NCBI GenBank assembly: GCA_017416145.1 | Contig: JAFQDD010000010.1 | Location: 93,036-157,035, forward strand | From: Spirochaetaceae bacterium | GTDB lineage: Bacteria; Spirochaetota; Spirochaetia; Treponematales; Treponemataceae | Length of the DNA stretch: 64,000 bases | Reading direction: 5' to 3' | Shown: positions 53,425-63,907 of the stretch, piece by piece | How the letters are laid out: each line of letters opens with the position of its first letter | Position numbering within the stretch: the first letter of the stretch is position 1 | Position numbers and translations under genes: made by a program | The notes under the pieces: generated by a model | The model's input: only the letters and a program-made list of their open reading frames with translations | Databases searched by the model: none | Told to the model about the DNA's origin: nothing

Positions 53425-53982
53425 ATGAAAAAAGCAGTTTACCTTTCCCTTTTTAGCGCCTTTATTTGCGTAGGAGCTTTTATCCAAATTCCACTTCCCC
53501 TTGGTGTGCCAGTTGTCATTCAAGATATGATGGCAATTTTGGCAGGATTTTTGCTTGGTCCAATTTACGGAAGCCTCTCTGTCCTTGTTTTTTTGATACT
53601 AGGCTCCATTGGGCTCCCAGTTTTTACAGGGAAAGCCGGAATACAAGTAATTTTCCAAGGATTAACCGGGGGTTTTTTGGTGGGATATTTAGTTGCTGCC
53701 ATCATTGCAGGATTTTTTGCCCTAATTTGCGAAAAGACCCAAAAATCCCAAAAGCAAAAGGAAGCTCTCTTGTGGATTTTCTATACTCTAGGTGCAATTT
53801 TTGCTTTTACAGCAATTTTTCTTTTGGGCCTATTCCAGTTTTCAAAAGTTGGTAATCTTCCTTTGGGAAAAGCCTTCGTTGCTTCCGTTTTACCCTATCT
53901 TCCAGCCACAGTGTTGAAAATCCTAGTTTTAGTTCCCCTAGCAAAACGCTTTTGCCCCATTATGAAAAATTATTTGTATTAA
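53425..53982 (+). CDS. bioY: Biotin transporter S-component BioY
   Basis: This 185-aa membrane protein shows the ...IQIPLPLGVPVVIQDMMAILAGFLLGP... BioY pattern. Confidence 0.8.
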   Translation: MKKAVYLSLFSAFICVGAFIQIPLPLGVPVVIQDMMAILAGFLLGPIYGSLSVLVFLILGSIGLPVFTGKAGIQVIFQGLTGGFLVGYLVAAIIAGFFALICEKTQKSQKQKEALLWIFYTLGAIFAFTAIFLLGLFQFSKVGNLPLGKAFVASVLPYLPATVLKILVLVPLAKRFCPIMKNYLY

Positions 53983-54090
53983 GAACTGTCAAACATTTTC
54001 AAAAATGTTGTAAAATAGTTAGAAAATGATATAACACATTTTCCCAATACTTTGGGATGAGTCAGCTTTGAAAAGCTGGTAAACTATTTA

Positions 54091-54184
54091 GGGGAGGAAA
54101 ACCCACTCAGAGTCCGAAGGCCGTTGGTTTTCCTCCCCTAAAAACCCACCTTTCCTTGGCCACGGCTTAGGGTTCCACCCTAAG
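54091..54184 (-). repeat. Third copy of the GC-rich two-hairpin repeat element (same orientation as copy R), inserted between bioY and the ECF ATPase gene
   Basis: GGGGAGGAAAACC...GGTTTTCCTCCCC lies at 54091..54138. The linker is AAAAACCCACCTTTCC. Hairpin CTTAGGG-ttcca-CCCTAAG lies at 54166..54184. Confidence 0.75.
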
Positions 54185-54383
54185 AACCCAAGTTGTTTTT
54201 AAGGTTTTTATTTTTTATTTTTGTTACTAGTGGTTATCTCTTTTGGCTATTTAGCTATCTATACAAATGAACATCTATTATTATTAAATAATGTTGACAT
54301 ATTTGTATTAAGAACTATAAAAAAAAATCTTTTTCTTGTAGTATTTATTCAAGAAAATATTGCCTACAAGGATTTTCCCCAAA

Positions 54384-55100
54384 ATGATATTAGACCTAAA
54401 TCAAATTTCTAAAACTTTTCCAGATGGCACAGAAGCTCTTAAAAATATTACTTTTTCCCTAGAATCTGGGGATTTTTGTGTAATTGGTGGTGCAAACGGT
54501 TCTGGGAAAAGTGTGCTTATGTCATTGATTGCAAAACTTGAAAATCCAACTTCGGGAAAAATCACCACAGAATACGCAGGTCTTGTTTTCCAAGAAGCAG
54601 ACTCCCAGATTTTGGGAGAAACTCCCATAGAAGATGTTTGCTACAGCCTCACCAACACAGGCTTAAAACCAGCTGCCGCCAAAGAAAAAGCCCTAAAATT
54701 ACTAGAAAAAGTTGGTTTAAGAGAAAAAGCAGACCACAACGCTAGAACCCTTTCTGGCGGCGAAAAGCGGCGTCTTGCAGTGGCAAATGTTTTGGCACTA
54801 GAACCAAACATCATCATTTTTGATGAACCCTTTGCAAACCTTGACTGGAAAAGCGTAAAACAACTTTGCAATCTTTTGCTAGAACTAAAAAGTCAAGGCA
54901 AAACCATTATCCTTTTGACCCACGAAATTGAAAAAATTCTTGCCCTTGCAAACCGATTTTTGATTTTACACAAAGGCGAAATAGTTTTTGACGGAAATCC
55001 AGAAACTGGAATAAAAGAAAATCTTGAAAATTACGGAATCAAAAATCCCCTTGTGGAATACAAAAACCTAAAAGACCTTTTTTGGGGAGATTCCCTTTGA
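54384..55100 (+). CDS. ECF transporter ATPase component (BioM/EcfA-like)
   Basis: Walker A (GANGSGKS), ABC signature (LSGGEKRR) and Walker B (IIIFDEP) are present. The ATG at 54384 is preferred over the TTG at 54360. Confidence 0.8.
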   Translation: MILDLNQISKTFPDGTEALKNITFSLESGDFCVIGGANGSGKSVLMSLIAKLENPTSGKITTEYAGLVFQEADSQILGETPIEDVCYSLTNTGLKPAAAKEKALKLLEKVGLREKADHNARTLSGGEKRRLAVANVLALEPNIIIFDEPFANLDWKSVKQLCNLLLELKSQGKTIILLTHEIEKILALANRFLILHKGEIVFDGNPETGIKENLENYGIKNPLVEYKNLKDLFWGDSL

Positions 55101-55780
55101 GCAACACACTTTTTTCCTACAGCAACAAAAAAACGCTTCTCCACAAAATTCCTGCTCTACTAAAATTAGTGTTTACCTGTGTTTTTTGCTTTTTCGTTTT
55201 TGGAAACCTCTTCCCAAAATCTAGCTTTCCCGCAGAAAAAGTCCAAAGCATAAAAATCCTAATATCAAGTTGTTTTGCTATATTTTTGTGGATAATCTCA
55301 AAATCAGGCTTTCAGGCTTTTATCAAACTAAAACTTGTGCTGATATTAGGCCTTGTTTTTACACTTTTTAAAGGATTTTCTCTAAAATCACCCTATTTTA
55401 TTGATATTCAATTGGCGAAAGAAGGTTTGCTTTATTCTTACAACTTTTTTATTACTACTTTTGTGGCACTTTTGCTTTTTGAAACCACCACTGTGCTTGA
55501 AATCCAAAATGATTTACAAAAAATTCCCTTGCTTAACAAAACCTATTTACCTATGGTTTTAGCAATTACAATCAGTTTTTTTCCAGAAATCTTTTCAACT
55601 TGGGAAGAAATTCGTCTTGCAGCAAAAGCTCGAAAAAAGCCAAACACCAAAATCTGCCTAAAACAAAAAGTGAAAAGTCTAATTACACAATTTTCAAGCC
55701 TTCTTTCCATTATGCTTCAAAAAGCGGAAATTAAACGAAAAGCCTTATTATCTCGCCAAAAATCTTTTAAAATTACTTGA
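55082..55780 (+). CDS. ECF transporter transmembrane (T) component (BioN/EcfT/CbiQ-like)
   Basis: This membrane protein lies immediately after the ATPase. A conserved-looking ...EEIRLAAKARK... motif is present. The TTG start is uncertain (55082 or 55097). Confidence 0.6.
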   Translation: MGRFPLSNTLFSYSNKKTLLHKIPALLKLVFTCVFCFFVFGNLFPKSSFPAEKVQSIKILISSCFAIFLWIISKSGFQAFIKLKLVLILGLVFTLFKGFSLKSPYFIDIQLAKEGLLYSYNFFITTFVALLLFETTTVLEIQNDLQKIPLLNKTYLPMVLAITISFFPEIFSTWEEIRLAAKARKKPNTKICLKQKVKSLITQFSSLLSIMLQKAEIKRKALLSRQKSFKIT

Positions 55781-56981
55781 TATAAGGAACAGCTCCCTTA
55801 TCAACAGCTTGATTATTACACTCAATAATCGGAATAATTGGCTCTGTTTTTTCCATATAAAGTGGATAAAAATCTGGTTCTAAAAGGTGAACTTCTCCGT
55901 CCATTTCCACAAGGATTTTTTGATTATATGTAATTTTTATCTTGTTAGCGAAAAAGTTTTTTGAAAATGAATAATTTATGTGAGTTCCGTCGCCGAAAGT
56001 GTGTTTTTTGAGCAATTTCATAAACAAATTGATTTTTCTAACAGTACACAAGTTTTTATCCGTTGGAAAAATCAAGTGATTACTACCATAAGTTCTATTC
56101 CCAGAAACTCCCAAAACCACAAATTCCACAGGAGAAGTTATAGTTTCCACAATATTATCATTATCATCAAAGATTTCTAGAGTAAGAGGTTTTGCTGGAA
56201 ATTTCCAACTATAAAAAACACAAGCTAAATCCACCCAAAGCTGGTAAGTATCCCCAGGCATATATTTTTTTGTGCGATTTGTCATATAAGTGATAAAAGC
56301 ATCAATTCCCACACTGGCAATATTAAAAGCGTACCAAGGTGGCAAAGAATCAAGACTTTCGTATTTTTCTGTAGAAATTGGATTTTTCCCAGTTGTGTCG
56401 TACCAAACCTTTATTGCCCGTTGCAAAGAAAAGTGGGCTGGTTCTGTCAATCTTGCAAAAGCTTCTTCTAAAGTGCGACCATCAGAACCATCATTTCCAG
56501 TTCCCAAAGGAAGACGCAAAATTGTAACGTATTTTTTTATAAGATTACAAAGTTCTGGATTTTCTAAAGATTTTTTCAAAATAGCAGTTTGAACTTCCAG
56601 ATGAGTACCATCGCCTCCGGCTGTTACAACAAGAATTTGCAACCCCTTTGGATGTTGAGATTCATCTCGATTATCAGAAAACTCTTCTATAATTCTCGGA
56701 AGTTTTTGGAGTAACTCAGACACCAAAATGCTTCCTTCTCCAGGATGTGAAGTTTCAAAAATCCTTGCTTCTTCAACAGAAGTGACCTTTGCCTTATTTC
56801 TAGCATTGTTAGCAATTTTTTCAAGTTGCTCAAAATTCTTTTTTGAAACCCTTTTTCGAGTGAACCCTCCTGCACAAGGATTTGCCACAATACAAAGGAT
56901 TACATTTTTATTTTCAAACAAAGAACTAGATTCCACCACAGGAATCATAAAATCTTTCAGGTTTTCTGGAGACAAAAGCAT
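55773..56981 (-). CDS. Diacylglycerol/lipid kinase catalytic-domain protein (DAGK_cat, YegS/LCB5-like)
   Basis: The VVTAGGDGT motif is present. Length is 402 aa. Confidence 0.65.
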   Translation of the reverse strand: MLLSPENLKDFMIPVVESSSLFENKNVILCIVANPCAGGFTRKRVSKKNFEQLEKIANNARNKAKVTSVEEARIFETSHPGEGSILVSELLQKLPRIIEEFSDNRDESQHPKGLQILVVTAGGDGTHLEVQTAILKKSLENPELCNLIKKYVTILRLPLGTGNDGSDGRTLEEAFARLTEPAHFSLQRAIKVWYDTTGKNPISTEKYESLDSLPPWYAFNIASVGIDAFITYMTNRTKKYMPGDTYQLWVDLACVFYSWKFPAKPLTLEIFDDNDNIVETITSPVEFVVLGVSGNRTYGSNHLIFPTDKNLCTVRKINLFMKLLKKHTFGDGTHINYSFSKNFFANKIKITYNQKILVEMDGEVHLLEPDFYPLYMEKTEPIIPIIECNNQAVDKGAVPYIK

Positions 56982-57040
56982 AGTAACAGTATATGTTTTT
57001 TTATGGAAAAATCAAGGTTTAGTTAACAAGTTTAAGATTC

Positions 57041-58177
57041 CTACAACTCTTGCAAAATCCCTTCTTTTTCTACTACAAAACTACTTCCGTCTTTATAATT
57101 GATTACAATAGTTGGATTTTTCACCACACCGTCCAAGTGAATAAAAGATTCACCATCATAATCATAATTTGAGCCAATAGCAAAGTGACAAGTTTTAAAA
57201 GCCTTTTCATCCTCAAGCATATTCCCAGAAATAGTTGCTGACGGATTTAAGCCAATTCCCAGTTCCCCAATACTACGAGCATTTTTTCTGTAACTTGCAG
57301 CCTTTTCCTCTGAAAAAAGCCCATCAGCCAACATTTTGTCAGCTTCTTTTTCAGCCCCAATAATAGACTGCAAAAGTTTATCCGCTTCAGAACCAGCCAC
57401 TGGAGGATTTGAAACCTTGTTAAAAACCTCAGCCACAAAACCATTTTTCACAGTACAAATTATTGGTTCCACAATCGGAATATCACCTTCAGTCACACTC
57501 ATAGACCCATCAAAGACGATTACACCTTCACAACCGCCCACAATAGGACTAATAAAAACCTCCCCAGCAGGAATATTTCCCCCAGTACCAGGAAGCATAA
57601 ATTTTCCATCATCAGAAAAAGGCTTACGATTTTCCACAGGTACCAAAATATCAGTTCCCCCAGGAGAAGTTACCTTCACAGAAACCGCATTTTCAAAACG
57701 CTTACAAAGTTTTTGGCAGCGTTCATCAAGCAAAGCATAATCAATAGAAGCCGTGCGAACAAACATATCCACAGTAATTCCCGGAGTCCAAAAAGAGCGT
57801 ATTTCCTTAGTGCCGTCCAAAAGCCAATCAAAAACATGGGGAAACTCTGCTCCCTCCACAATATAAGGCTTTTTCATAGCCTCTTGATCCTTTCCAAGCT
57901 TATTTGCCGAAATAGAAAGCACCACATCCGGTTTTGTTTTGATAGCTCCAATCACCGATTTTTCAGCATAAGTTAGCAAAGTTTTTTCTTCTTGCACCAT
58001 AATCGTAGCCTCCGCACCCAATTTCACAGAAGCCTCATAAAGTGCCATACTAATTTGCAAAACATTATTTTCAGGATTTGTTATAATTAAAACCCGTTCC
58101 CCAGATTTTACCCCACAAACATCTTTCATCACAGTGAAAGCAGGTTCATTCAATGATTCTAAATAAAATTCTTTCAT
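57041..58177 (-). CDS. Aminopeptidase (M29/AmpS-PepS-like family)
   Basis: The 378-aa ORF has ...GELGIGLNP... and C-terminal HLDG patterns reminiscent of M29 aminopeptidases. Confidence 0.55.
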   Translation of the reverse strand: MKEFYLESLNEPAFTVMKDVCGVKSGERVLIITNPENNVLQISMALYEASVKLGAEATIMVQEEKTLLTYAEKSVIGAIKTKPDVVLSISANKLGKDQEAMKKPYIVEGAEFPHVFDWLLDGTKEIRSFWTPGITVDMFVRTASIDYALLDERCQKLCKRFENAVSVKVTSPGGTDILVPVENRKPFSDDGKFMLPGTGGNIPAGEVFISPIVGGCEGVIVFDGSMSVTEGDIPIVEPIICTVKNGFVAEVFNKVSNPPVAGSEADKLLQSIIGAEKEADKMLADGLFSEEKAASYRKNARSIGELGIGLNPSATISGNMLEDEKAFKTCHFAIGSNYDYDGESFIHLDGVVKNPTIVINYKDGSSFVVEKEGILQEL

Positions 58178-58344
58178 AACCTAAATAATACACCAAAAAT
58201 CCACTTTTGAATATTCAAAAATTTCAGGGCGTTCCCTGCCAAAGGCAGGTCGGCTGTTCCACCCTTCGCTAACGCTCATTCCTTGGACTACGCCAAGGAA
58301 CTACGGGGTTCCATAGCCTAACGCAAAAGCCATTTCCCCAAATA

Positions 58345-59499
58345 TTACAAAATAAAATAAACCAAAATTCCTAAAATTACCAAAAGCAAAACATTCCAGA
58401 TTGTGAAAATCCTAAAATATCCACCTTCCTTAGAAACAAATTCTGGATTTTCAGACTGAAAGTTTTTATACAATTTAAAAGAAATTACACTAGCCAAAGA
58501 AGCAATCAAAGTACCAAGACCAGCCACATTTACTCCAGCCAACAAAGCATTTCCATTTTCAGTAAACTTTGAAAGAAGCAAAGCCGCAGGAACATTACTA
58601 ATAATTTGACTAGAAACAAGAGCCGAAAAATACGTTGCAAAAGGAGTTTCTAGCAATTTTGAAAAAAGCAAAGAGATTTTTTCCATTGAGGAAATTGAGC
58701 CTGTAAATAAAAAGAAACCCAAAAATGTGAAAAGCAAACTATAATCTACTTTCAAGAAAATTCTTGGAGCTGTTATCAAACCTAACAAAAGCACAATCCA
58801 AAGAACAGATTTATAATCAATGATTCTAAAAACAGACAAAAGACAACAAATAAGCAAAACCGAAAAAACAATAATTTTTAGAACAGGGGGCTTTTCTTTT
58901 GCTGGAAAATAAGTTGAAAGAATTGGAAAAGATTTTTTTGTGAAAAACCAAGCTAAAAGTCCACAGATAAAAAAAGAAGGAATCCCAATTTTCAAAGATG
59001 TAGCAAAAAAATCCCCGTTTGACATTTCATAAAAGTTAAATAAATAAAGATTCTGAGGATTTCCCATGGGCGTTACACAAGAACCAAGATTGGCAGCTAT
59101 AGTTTCCAAAACAATTAGTTTTGCAGCTAAACTCTTATCCTGATTTTGGAGATTAGCCTTTTTACAAATTAGCAAAGATATTGGCACAAAAGTCAAAAGA
59201 GCCACATCATTTGTAACCGCCATAGAAAGAAAAAACACTAAAAAAGTAAGCACAAAAAACATTTGCCTAGTATTTTTACACAAACCAAGCATTTTATTGG
59301 CAAGTTTATCCAGTAAGTTTATGGAAGCAAAACCTTGAATCACATACATCAAGCAAAATAAAAGGGACAAAACCCGCAAGTCTATAGATTTTGCAATGAT
59401 TTCTCCACTAGGTCTACAAATTAAAAGACTGACCAATCCTAAAAACAATGCAATACAAAGCACTATTTCTTTTTTTACAAACTGAATTATTTTCTGCAT
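58345..59499 (-). CDS. ArsB/NhaD-superfamily (citrate transporter-like) permease
   Basis: This polytopic membrane protein is set to start at MQKIIQF (59499). That avoids overlap with the ArsC-family gene. The ORF track extends to 59601. Confidence 0.6.
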   Translation of the reverse strand: MQKIIQFVKKEIVLCIALFLGLVSLLICRPSGEIIAKSIDLRVLSLLFCLMYVIQGFASINLLDKLANKMLGLCKNTRQMFFVLTFLVFFLSMAVTNDVALLTFVPISLLICKKANLQNQDKSLAAKLIVLETIAANLGSCVTPMGNPQNLYLFNFYEMSNGDFFATSLKIGIPSFFICGLLAWFFTKKSFPILSTYFPAKEKPPVLKIIVFSVLLICCLLSVFRIIDYKSVLWIVLLLGLITAPRIFLKVDYSLLFTFLGFFLFTGSISSMEKISLLFSKLLETPFATYFSALVSSQIISNVPAALLLSKFTENGNALLAGVNVAGLGTLIASLASVISFKLYKNFQSENPEFVSKEGGYFRIFTIWNVLLLVILGILVYFIL

Positions 59500-59554
59500 T
59501 TGCTTAGAATATGAGAAAAATCGGTTTTTGGTCAATATTTTGGTGAATTTTGAA

Positions 59555-59914
59555 TTATTGCCAAGTTTCCCAAACTTTTGGAACAAGCCCAACAGTCCCA
59601 AGGTTTTTTCCGTTTCTTACAATCGGCTGTTTTAGCAAATTTTGATTTTCAAAGAGTTTTTTCTCAATATCAGAATCATCAAGATAGGCAATAGAAGCAT
59701 AATCTTTTGAATTTTTGTCTATCATTGATTGGAGAGCTTCTTGTTTATCCCCTGTTTCCTTTGTAATTGCTTGAAGAACAGACTGAAATTCCCCTAAGCT
59801 CATAGACTTTTCTTTTAAGTCGATAAACTGAAAGGGAATCCGTCGTTCCTTGAACCACATTTGAGCCTTTTTGCAATCAAAGTTTTTCATCGTTCCAAAA
59901 ATTTGTATCGCCAT
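59555..59914 (-). CDS. ArsC/Spx/YffB-family protein
   Basis: The 119-aa ORF has the N-terminus IQIFGTMKNFDCKKAQMWFKERRIPFQFIDL, typical of the ArsC thioredoxin-like family. Confidence 0.65.
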   Translation of the reverse strand: MAIQIFGTMKNFDCKKAQMWFKERRIPFQFIDLKEKSMSLGEFQSVLQAITKETGDKQEALQSMIDKNSKDYASIAYLDDSDIEKKLFENQNLLKQPIVRNGKNLGTVGLVPKVWETWQ

Positions 59915-59923
59915 CTGTTTATC

Positions 59924-60745
59924 CTATGGATAAGTGTTAAAATCTTGAACAATGCTTATGCAGGATTCCACAGTTTTATCTGGCATAATTTCTCGTGCAA
60001 GAGAAGCAGCTTTTTCTGAAATTGCAACTGAATCTGCAACACCTTGCAAAATTAATTTTTCGCCATCGATTACAGCTCGTAAAAAATTCACATTTACTTT
60101 ATGTTCAAAAAGCAAAGCATTTACAACAAGTTGAGCTTGATATAGTTCTTGAACTTTTTTCTCTCCAGCAATTTCTTTTTCCTCTGTGATTAAAGCCTTA
60201 CAAAGATTTGCAATGGCATTGGCAGATTCATCCACAGTCAAAATTCCTGTATTCAATGTTAAGTGATAGTTTGCTGGATTGTCTGGCTCAATGTTGAAAA
60301 AGTTTTTATGAAATCCTTTTCGATTTTCATCACTTTCTGTGATTCTTCCTTGTGCTTGTTTTTTGTTCCAATCAAACTCTTTCATCAAGCGTTCTTCTCG
60401 GATTTCATCCTTTGCCACAAATCTAACTGCAATCAAATTTGGTACATTTTCCAACACCACAAATGCACCCCGTCCAATCAGAACACAGTTGCCATCTTTT
60501 GCAGTTTCCAAAATCGCAGTTTGCAAATAATCCAAATATTCATCTCTATCTTTTACAAGAGAAGCAAAAAAACCAGGTTTTCTCTCGTCATACTTTTTCA
60601 TTTTTTCTTCTGGAAAACCAAGTTCTACAATACGATTTTCTATGTATTTTCTGTCTATAAACTTGTAACCTAACTTTTTTGCCAAAGCAGCGGCTACTTC
60701 GTCTCCCAAAGCTGCAACTTGTCGTGAAATAGTTATTATAGCCAT
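59924..60745 (-). CDS. Cytidylate kinase-like family protein
   Basis: The N-terminus is ITISRQVAALGDEVAAALAKKLGYKFIDR. Length is 273 aa. Confidence 0.6.
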   Translation of the reverse strand: MAIITISRQVAALGDEVAAALAKKLGYKFIDRKYIENRIVELGFPEEKMKKYDERKPGFFASLVKDRDEYLDYLQTAILETAKDGNCVLIGRGAFVVLENVPNLIAVRFVAKDEIREERLMKEFDWNKKQAQGRITESDENRKGFHKNFFNIEPDNPANYHLTLNTGILTVDESANAIANLCKALITEEKEIAGEKKVQELYQAQLVVNALLFEHKVNVNFLRAVIDGEKLILQGVADSVAISEKAASLAREIMPDKTVESCISIVQDFNTYP

Positions 60746-60915
60746 AAGACACCTCTGATTTTAAAGTATAGTTTTATCTCCAAATATCCAATAAAAATTA
60801 TAAAGCATAATTTAAAAAAATAAAAATATTTTTTTTAGAATTTATAGCTTTCTTTTTTTTCTTAAATATTTTTCACAAATTGAAAAACTTTCTTTGATGT
60901 TATAAACTCGATTTT

Positions 60916-62628
60916 ATGAAAAATCTAAAAATCTTTTTGTCTTATTACAAAGCCCATTGGAAACTTTTTCTTGGAGATATGATTTGTGCCGTGATTGTGG
61001 CTCTTGTTGATACAGTTTTCCCAATGATGAGTAAATACACTTTGGATGCCATTATTCCTTCTTTTGAACTTAATTTGCTTTTCAAAATGATTTTGGTTAT
61101 GACTTTAATGTACGTTGTTCGTACAGTGGCTTTTTGGTTTATAAACTATTGGGGCCATGTGTTTGGTACAAAAGTTGAAGCTGATATGCGAAAAGATATT
61201 TTTTCCCATATTGAATATCAAGATTTTGCGTTTTTTGATAATCATCGAACTGGAAAAATTATGTCTCGGGTTACAACAGACTTGTTTGAAGTTACAGAAC
61301 TTGCTCACCACGGACCAGAAGATTTGTTTATTTCGATTTTAACTTTGCTTGGCTCTTTTGCAATGTTGCTTACAATCCGAATTGAACTTGCTGTTATTGT
61401 GTTTTGTTATATTCCCTTGCTTTTGTTTTTTACGATTCAATCACGAAAAGCTATGGGAAAGTCTTCTAAGGCAGTAAAGGAAAAAACAGCGGAAATTAAT
61501 ACAGTTATAGAATCAAGTGTTTCTGGAGCAAGAGTTACAAAGGCTTTTGCCAACGAAAAATATGAAATTCAACGATTTGATGAAGGCAACAATCAGTTTA
61601 AAAAAGCAAAAAAACTTTTTTATAATGCAATGTCCACTTTTCATGCGAAATTAGAGTTTCCAATCAATATGTTAAATGTAATTATTTTGGCTGTGGGCGG
61701 ATATTTTATTATGAAAGGTGAAATGTCTGTTTCTGATTTGGTAGCAGCAAATCTTTTTGTGGCAGCTTTTGTGCAACCTATAAAACGACTAACTAACTTT
61801 GTAGAGCAATATACTTCTGGAATGGCTGGTTTTAATCGATTTTTAGAAATTATGGAAACAAAACCAAGTATTCAAGAAATTGAAAATCCTTTGGAAATTC
61901 AAGAGGTTAAAGGAGATATTTCTTACAAAAACGTGTCTTTTTCTTATGGAAATAATATTGAAGTTTTGTCTAATATCAATTTGGAAATTGAAAAAGGAAA
62001 AACCTTTGCTTTTGTGGGAGCTTCGGGAGCGGGGAAAACAACTTTGTGTCATTTGCTGCCACGATTTTATGAAGTAACCTCTGGAGAAATCCTAATTGAT
62101 GGTGTGCCAATCAAAAATATGAGCTTAAAATCTCTCCGAAAAAAAATTGGCTTGGTTCAACAGGACGTTTTCTTGTTTGCAGGAACAATCAAAGAAAACA
62201 TTGCTTATGGTAAAATCGATGCCACAGACGAAGAGATTATAAAAGCTGCAAAAGCGGCTGAAATCCACGAAGATATTATGAAAATGCCAAATGGTTATGA
62301 CACTTTGGTTGGGGAGAGGGGAATAAAGCTTTCTGGTGGGCAAAAACAGCGGGTTTCTATTGCAAGAATATTTTTGAAAAATCCACCAATTTTGATTTTG
62401 GACGAAGCAACATCATCGCTGGATTCTGTAACTGAAGAAAAAATCCAAGAATCTTTTGATAAACTTTCGGTCGGAAGAACCACTTTGGTAATCGCTCACA
62501 GACTTTCCACAATAAAAAATGCGGATAAAATTGTGGTGGTTGGTCAAGATGGAATTTTAGAATCTGGAACTCATCAGGAACTTTTAACAAAAGATGGTGT
62601 TTACGCAAAATTGTACAATCGAAGTTGA
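60916..62628 (+). CDS. ABC transporter, fused permease/ATP-binding protein (MsbA/exporter type)
   Basis: A six-TM N-terminal domain is followed by Walker A (GASGAGKTT), signature (LSGGQKQR) and Walker B (ILILDEATS). Confidence 0.88.
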   Translation: MKNLKIFLSYYKAHWKLFLGDMICAVIVALVDTVFPMMSKYTLDAIIPSFELNLLFKMILVMTLMYVVRTVAFWFINYWGHVFGTKVEADMRKDIFSHIEYQDFAFFDNHRTGKIMSRVTTDLFEVTELAHHGPEDLFISILTLLGSFAMLLTIRIELAVIVFCYIPLLLFFTIQSRKAMGKSSKAVKEKTAEINTVIESSVSGARVTKAFANEKYEIQRFDEGNNQFKKAKKLFYNAMSTFHAKLEFPINMLNVIILAVGGYFIMKGEMSVSDLVAANLFVAAFVQPIKRLTNFVEQYTSGMAGFNRFLEIMETKPSIQEIENPLEIQEVKGDISYKNVSFSYGNNIEVLSNINLEIEKGKTFAFVGASGAGKTTLCHLLPRFYEVTSGEILIDGVPIKNMSLKSLRKKIGLVQQDVFLFAGTIKENIAYGKIDATDEEIIKAAKAAEIHEDIMKMPNGYDTLVGERGIKLSGGQKQRVSIARIFLKNPPILILDEATSSLDSVTEEKIQESFDKLSVGRTTLVIAHRLSTIKNADKIVVVGQDGILESGTHQELLTKDGVYAKLYNRS

Positions 62629-62633
62629 GCGTA

Positions 62634-62674
62634 AAGAAAAAAAACTCGGAAGCCTAAAGTTCCGAGTTTTTTTT
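62634..62674. terminator. Bidirectional terminator after the ABC exporter gene
   Basis: An A-run is followed by AACTCGGAA-gcctaaag-TTCCGAGTT and a T8 run. Confidence 0.75.
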
Positions 62675-62685
62675 GTTTTAGAGGT

Positions 62686-63036
62686 TTAGCAGTTTTCTCC
62701 AAGAAGTTCATTTGAAAGAGCTTGAATATCTTTGGCAACTTCTTTTCGTTTTTTACCAACTAATCTGTTTCTGGTAGGATAAGCTAGAGCCATAATCTGG
62801 ATTCCAACAATACCTAGGACAACGCCTAAAAAGTACATATTCCACAAAAGGCAACAGCACATTCCAGTTCCAAATATCAATATTCCAACGATTCCTAAGA
62901 TTAAACCTGTAATTGTACCGCTTGTATAAACACTAGCATCTAAATCTCTTAGTTTTTCGATTTTTTGTGTTGTTGTTTCTCTTTCTTCGTATTTGCTTTT
63001 TAGCTCTTTTACAAATTGGATTTCTTGTTCAGTCAT
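62686..63036 (-). CDS. Hypothetical small membrane protein (116 aa, two TM helices)
   Basis: The ORF has a hydrophobic central region. No family was recognised. Confidence 0.45.
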   Translation of the reverse strand: MTEQEIQFVKELKSKYEERETTTQKIEKLRDLDASVYTSGTITGLILGIVGILIFGTGMCCCLLWNMYFLGVVLGIVGIQIMALAYPTRNRLVGKKRKEVAKDIQALSNELLGENC

Positions 63037-63059
63037 TTTATCACCGCTTGTTTAGAAAT

Positions 63060-63638
63060 CTATAGAGAAAACTTGTATTCCACACCTAAAGAACCGAAAA
63101 ATCCGTTTCTAGAAAAGTCTGATTTTACAAACTTGTATGTTCTAGAGCCATTTTCTTCTTTTTTTGTTAAAGTAGGAAGACAATCAAGATTTCCAGTGAT
63201 TCCAGCAACGATTGCTACATTATCTGTAACAAAGATTTTAGTTTTTAGACCAGCTGCCAAGCCAATTTTTGTGTTAGATGCCTCTGCAGGGTGATTTTCA
63301 GACATTGTACAGCTAATTCCAGCACCCAATCCAAGTCCAAACCAAGAAAATCTTGCGTTATACCAAGCCATAACTGGAATATTTACAGTCATGTGATTTA
63401 CAAAAGTCATTCCATCATCAGTTGAAGTTAGTTTTGATGGAACAATATTACTTTGAACTTCCAAGCCAAAACCATTTTTCACATCAAGATTGATATCAAA
63501 TCCGCCACCGATTGTTGCACCTTTTACGCTAGAATTGTCATTTCCCACAATTCCTTTTAGCCCAACTGATAAATCCAAAGCGAATACAGAACCTGCTAGT
63601 AAAGCACCCATCATTAAAACTGCAATTAGTTTTTTCAT
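63060..63638 (-). CDS. Outer-membrane beta-barrel (OmpW/porin-like) protein
   Basis: A signal peptide is present (MKKLIAVLMMGALLAGSVFA). The sequence shows alternating beta-strand patterning and an aromatic-rich C-terminal strand. Confidence 0.55.
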   Translation of the reverse strand: MKKLIAVLMMGALLAGSVFALDLSVGLKGIVGNDNSSVKGATIGGGFDINLDVKNGFGLEVQSNIVPSKLTSTDDGMTFVNHMTVNIPVMAWYNARFSWFGLGLGAGISCTMSENHPAEASNTKIGLAAGLKTKIFVTDNVAIVAGITGNLDCLPTLTKKEENGSRTYKFVKSDFSRNGFFGSLGVEYKFSL

Positions 63639-63847
63639 AAAAATCTCCTATATAGTGCTGTTTTGCAACGAAGTGAAAAACAGCAATTTGATAGAAAAGT
63701 TTGCAACACAAACTTTTAGAAAAACACTTCGACGCTATTTCAGAAGAAGTGTTTTTCCTGTTTCCTTGTAAGATGTCTTTACTTTACAGATAAGATATTT
63801 AGAAAATGTTTTTAAAATATTAATGATTTGTTATTTTTTATACGCAT

Positions 63848-63892
63848 AAAAAAAAGGTGGAAAAACATTTCATAAAGATTGTCTTTCCACCT
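63848..63892 (-). terminator. Intrinsic terminator after the partial gene at the right edge
   Basis: On the minus strand, AGGTGGAAA...TTTCCACCT is followed by a T8 run. Confidence 0.6.
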
Positions 63893-63907
63893 GTATTTAT
63901 CTAGTTT

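Noticed and set aside
53466-53855. 129-aa alternative-frame ORF inside bioY
   Set aside because: The BioY frame (53425..53982) gives a coherent membrane protein. The alternative frame is Cys/Arg-rich nonsense.
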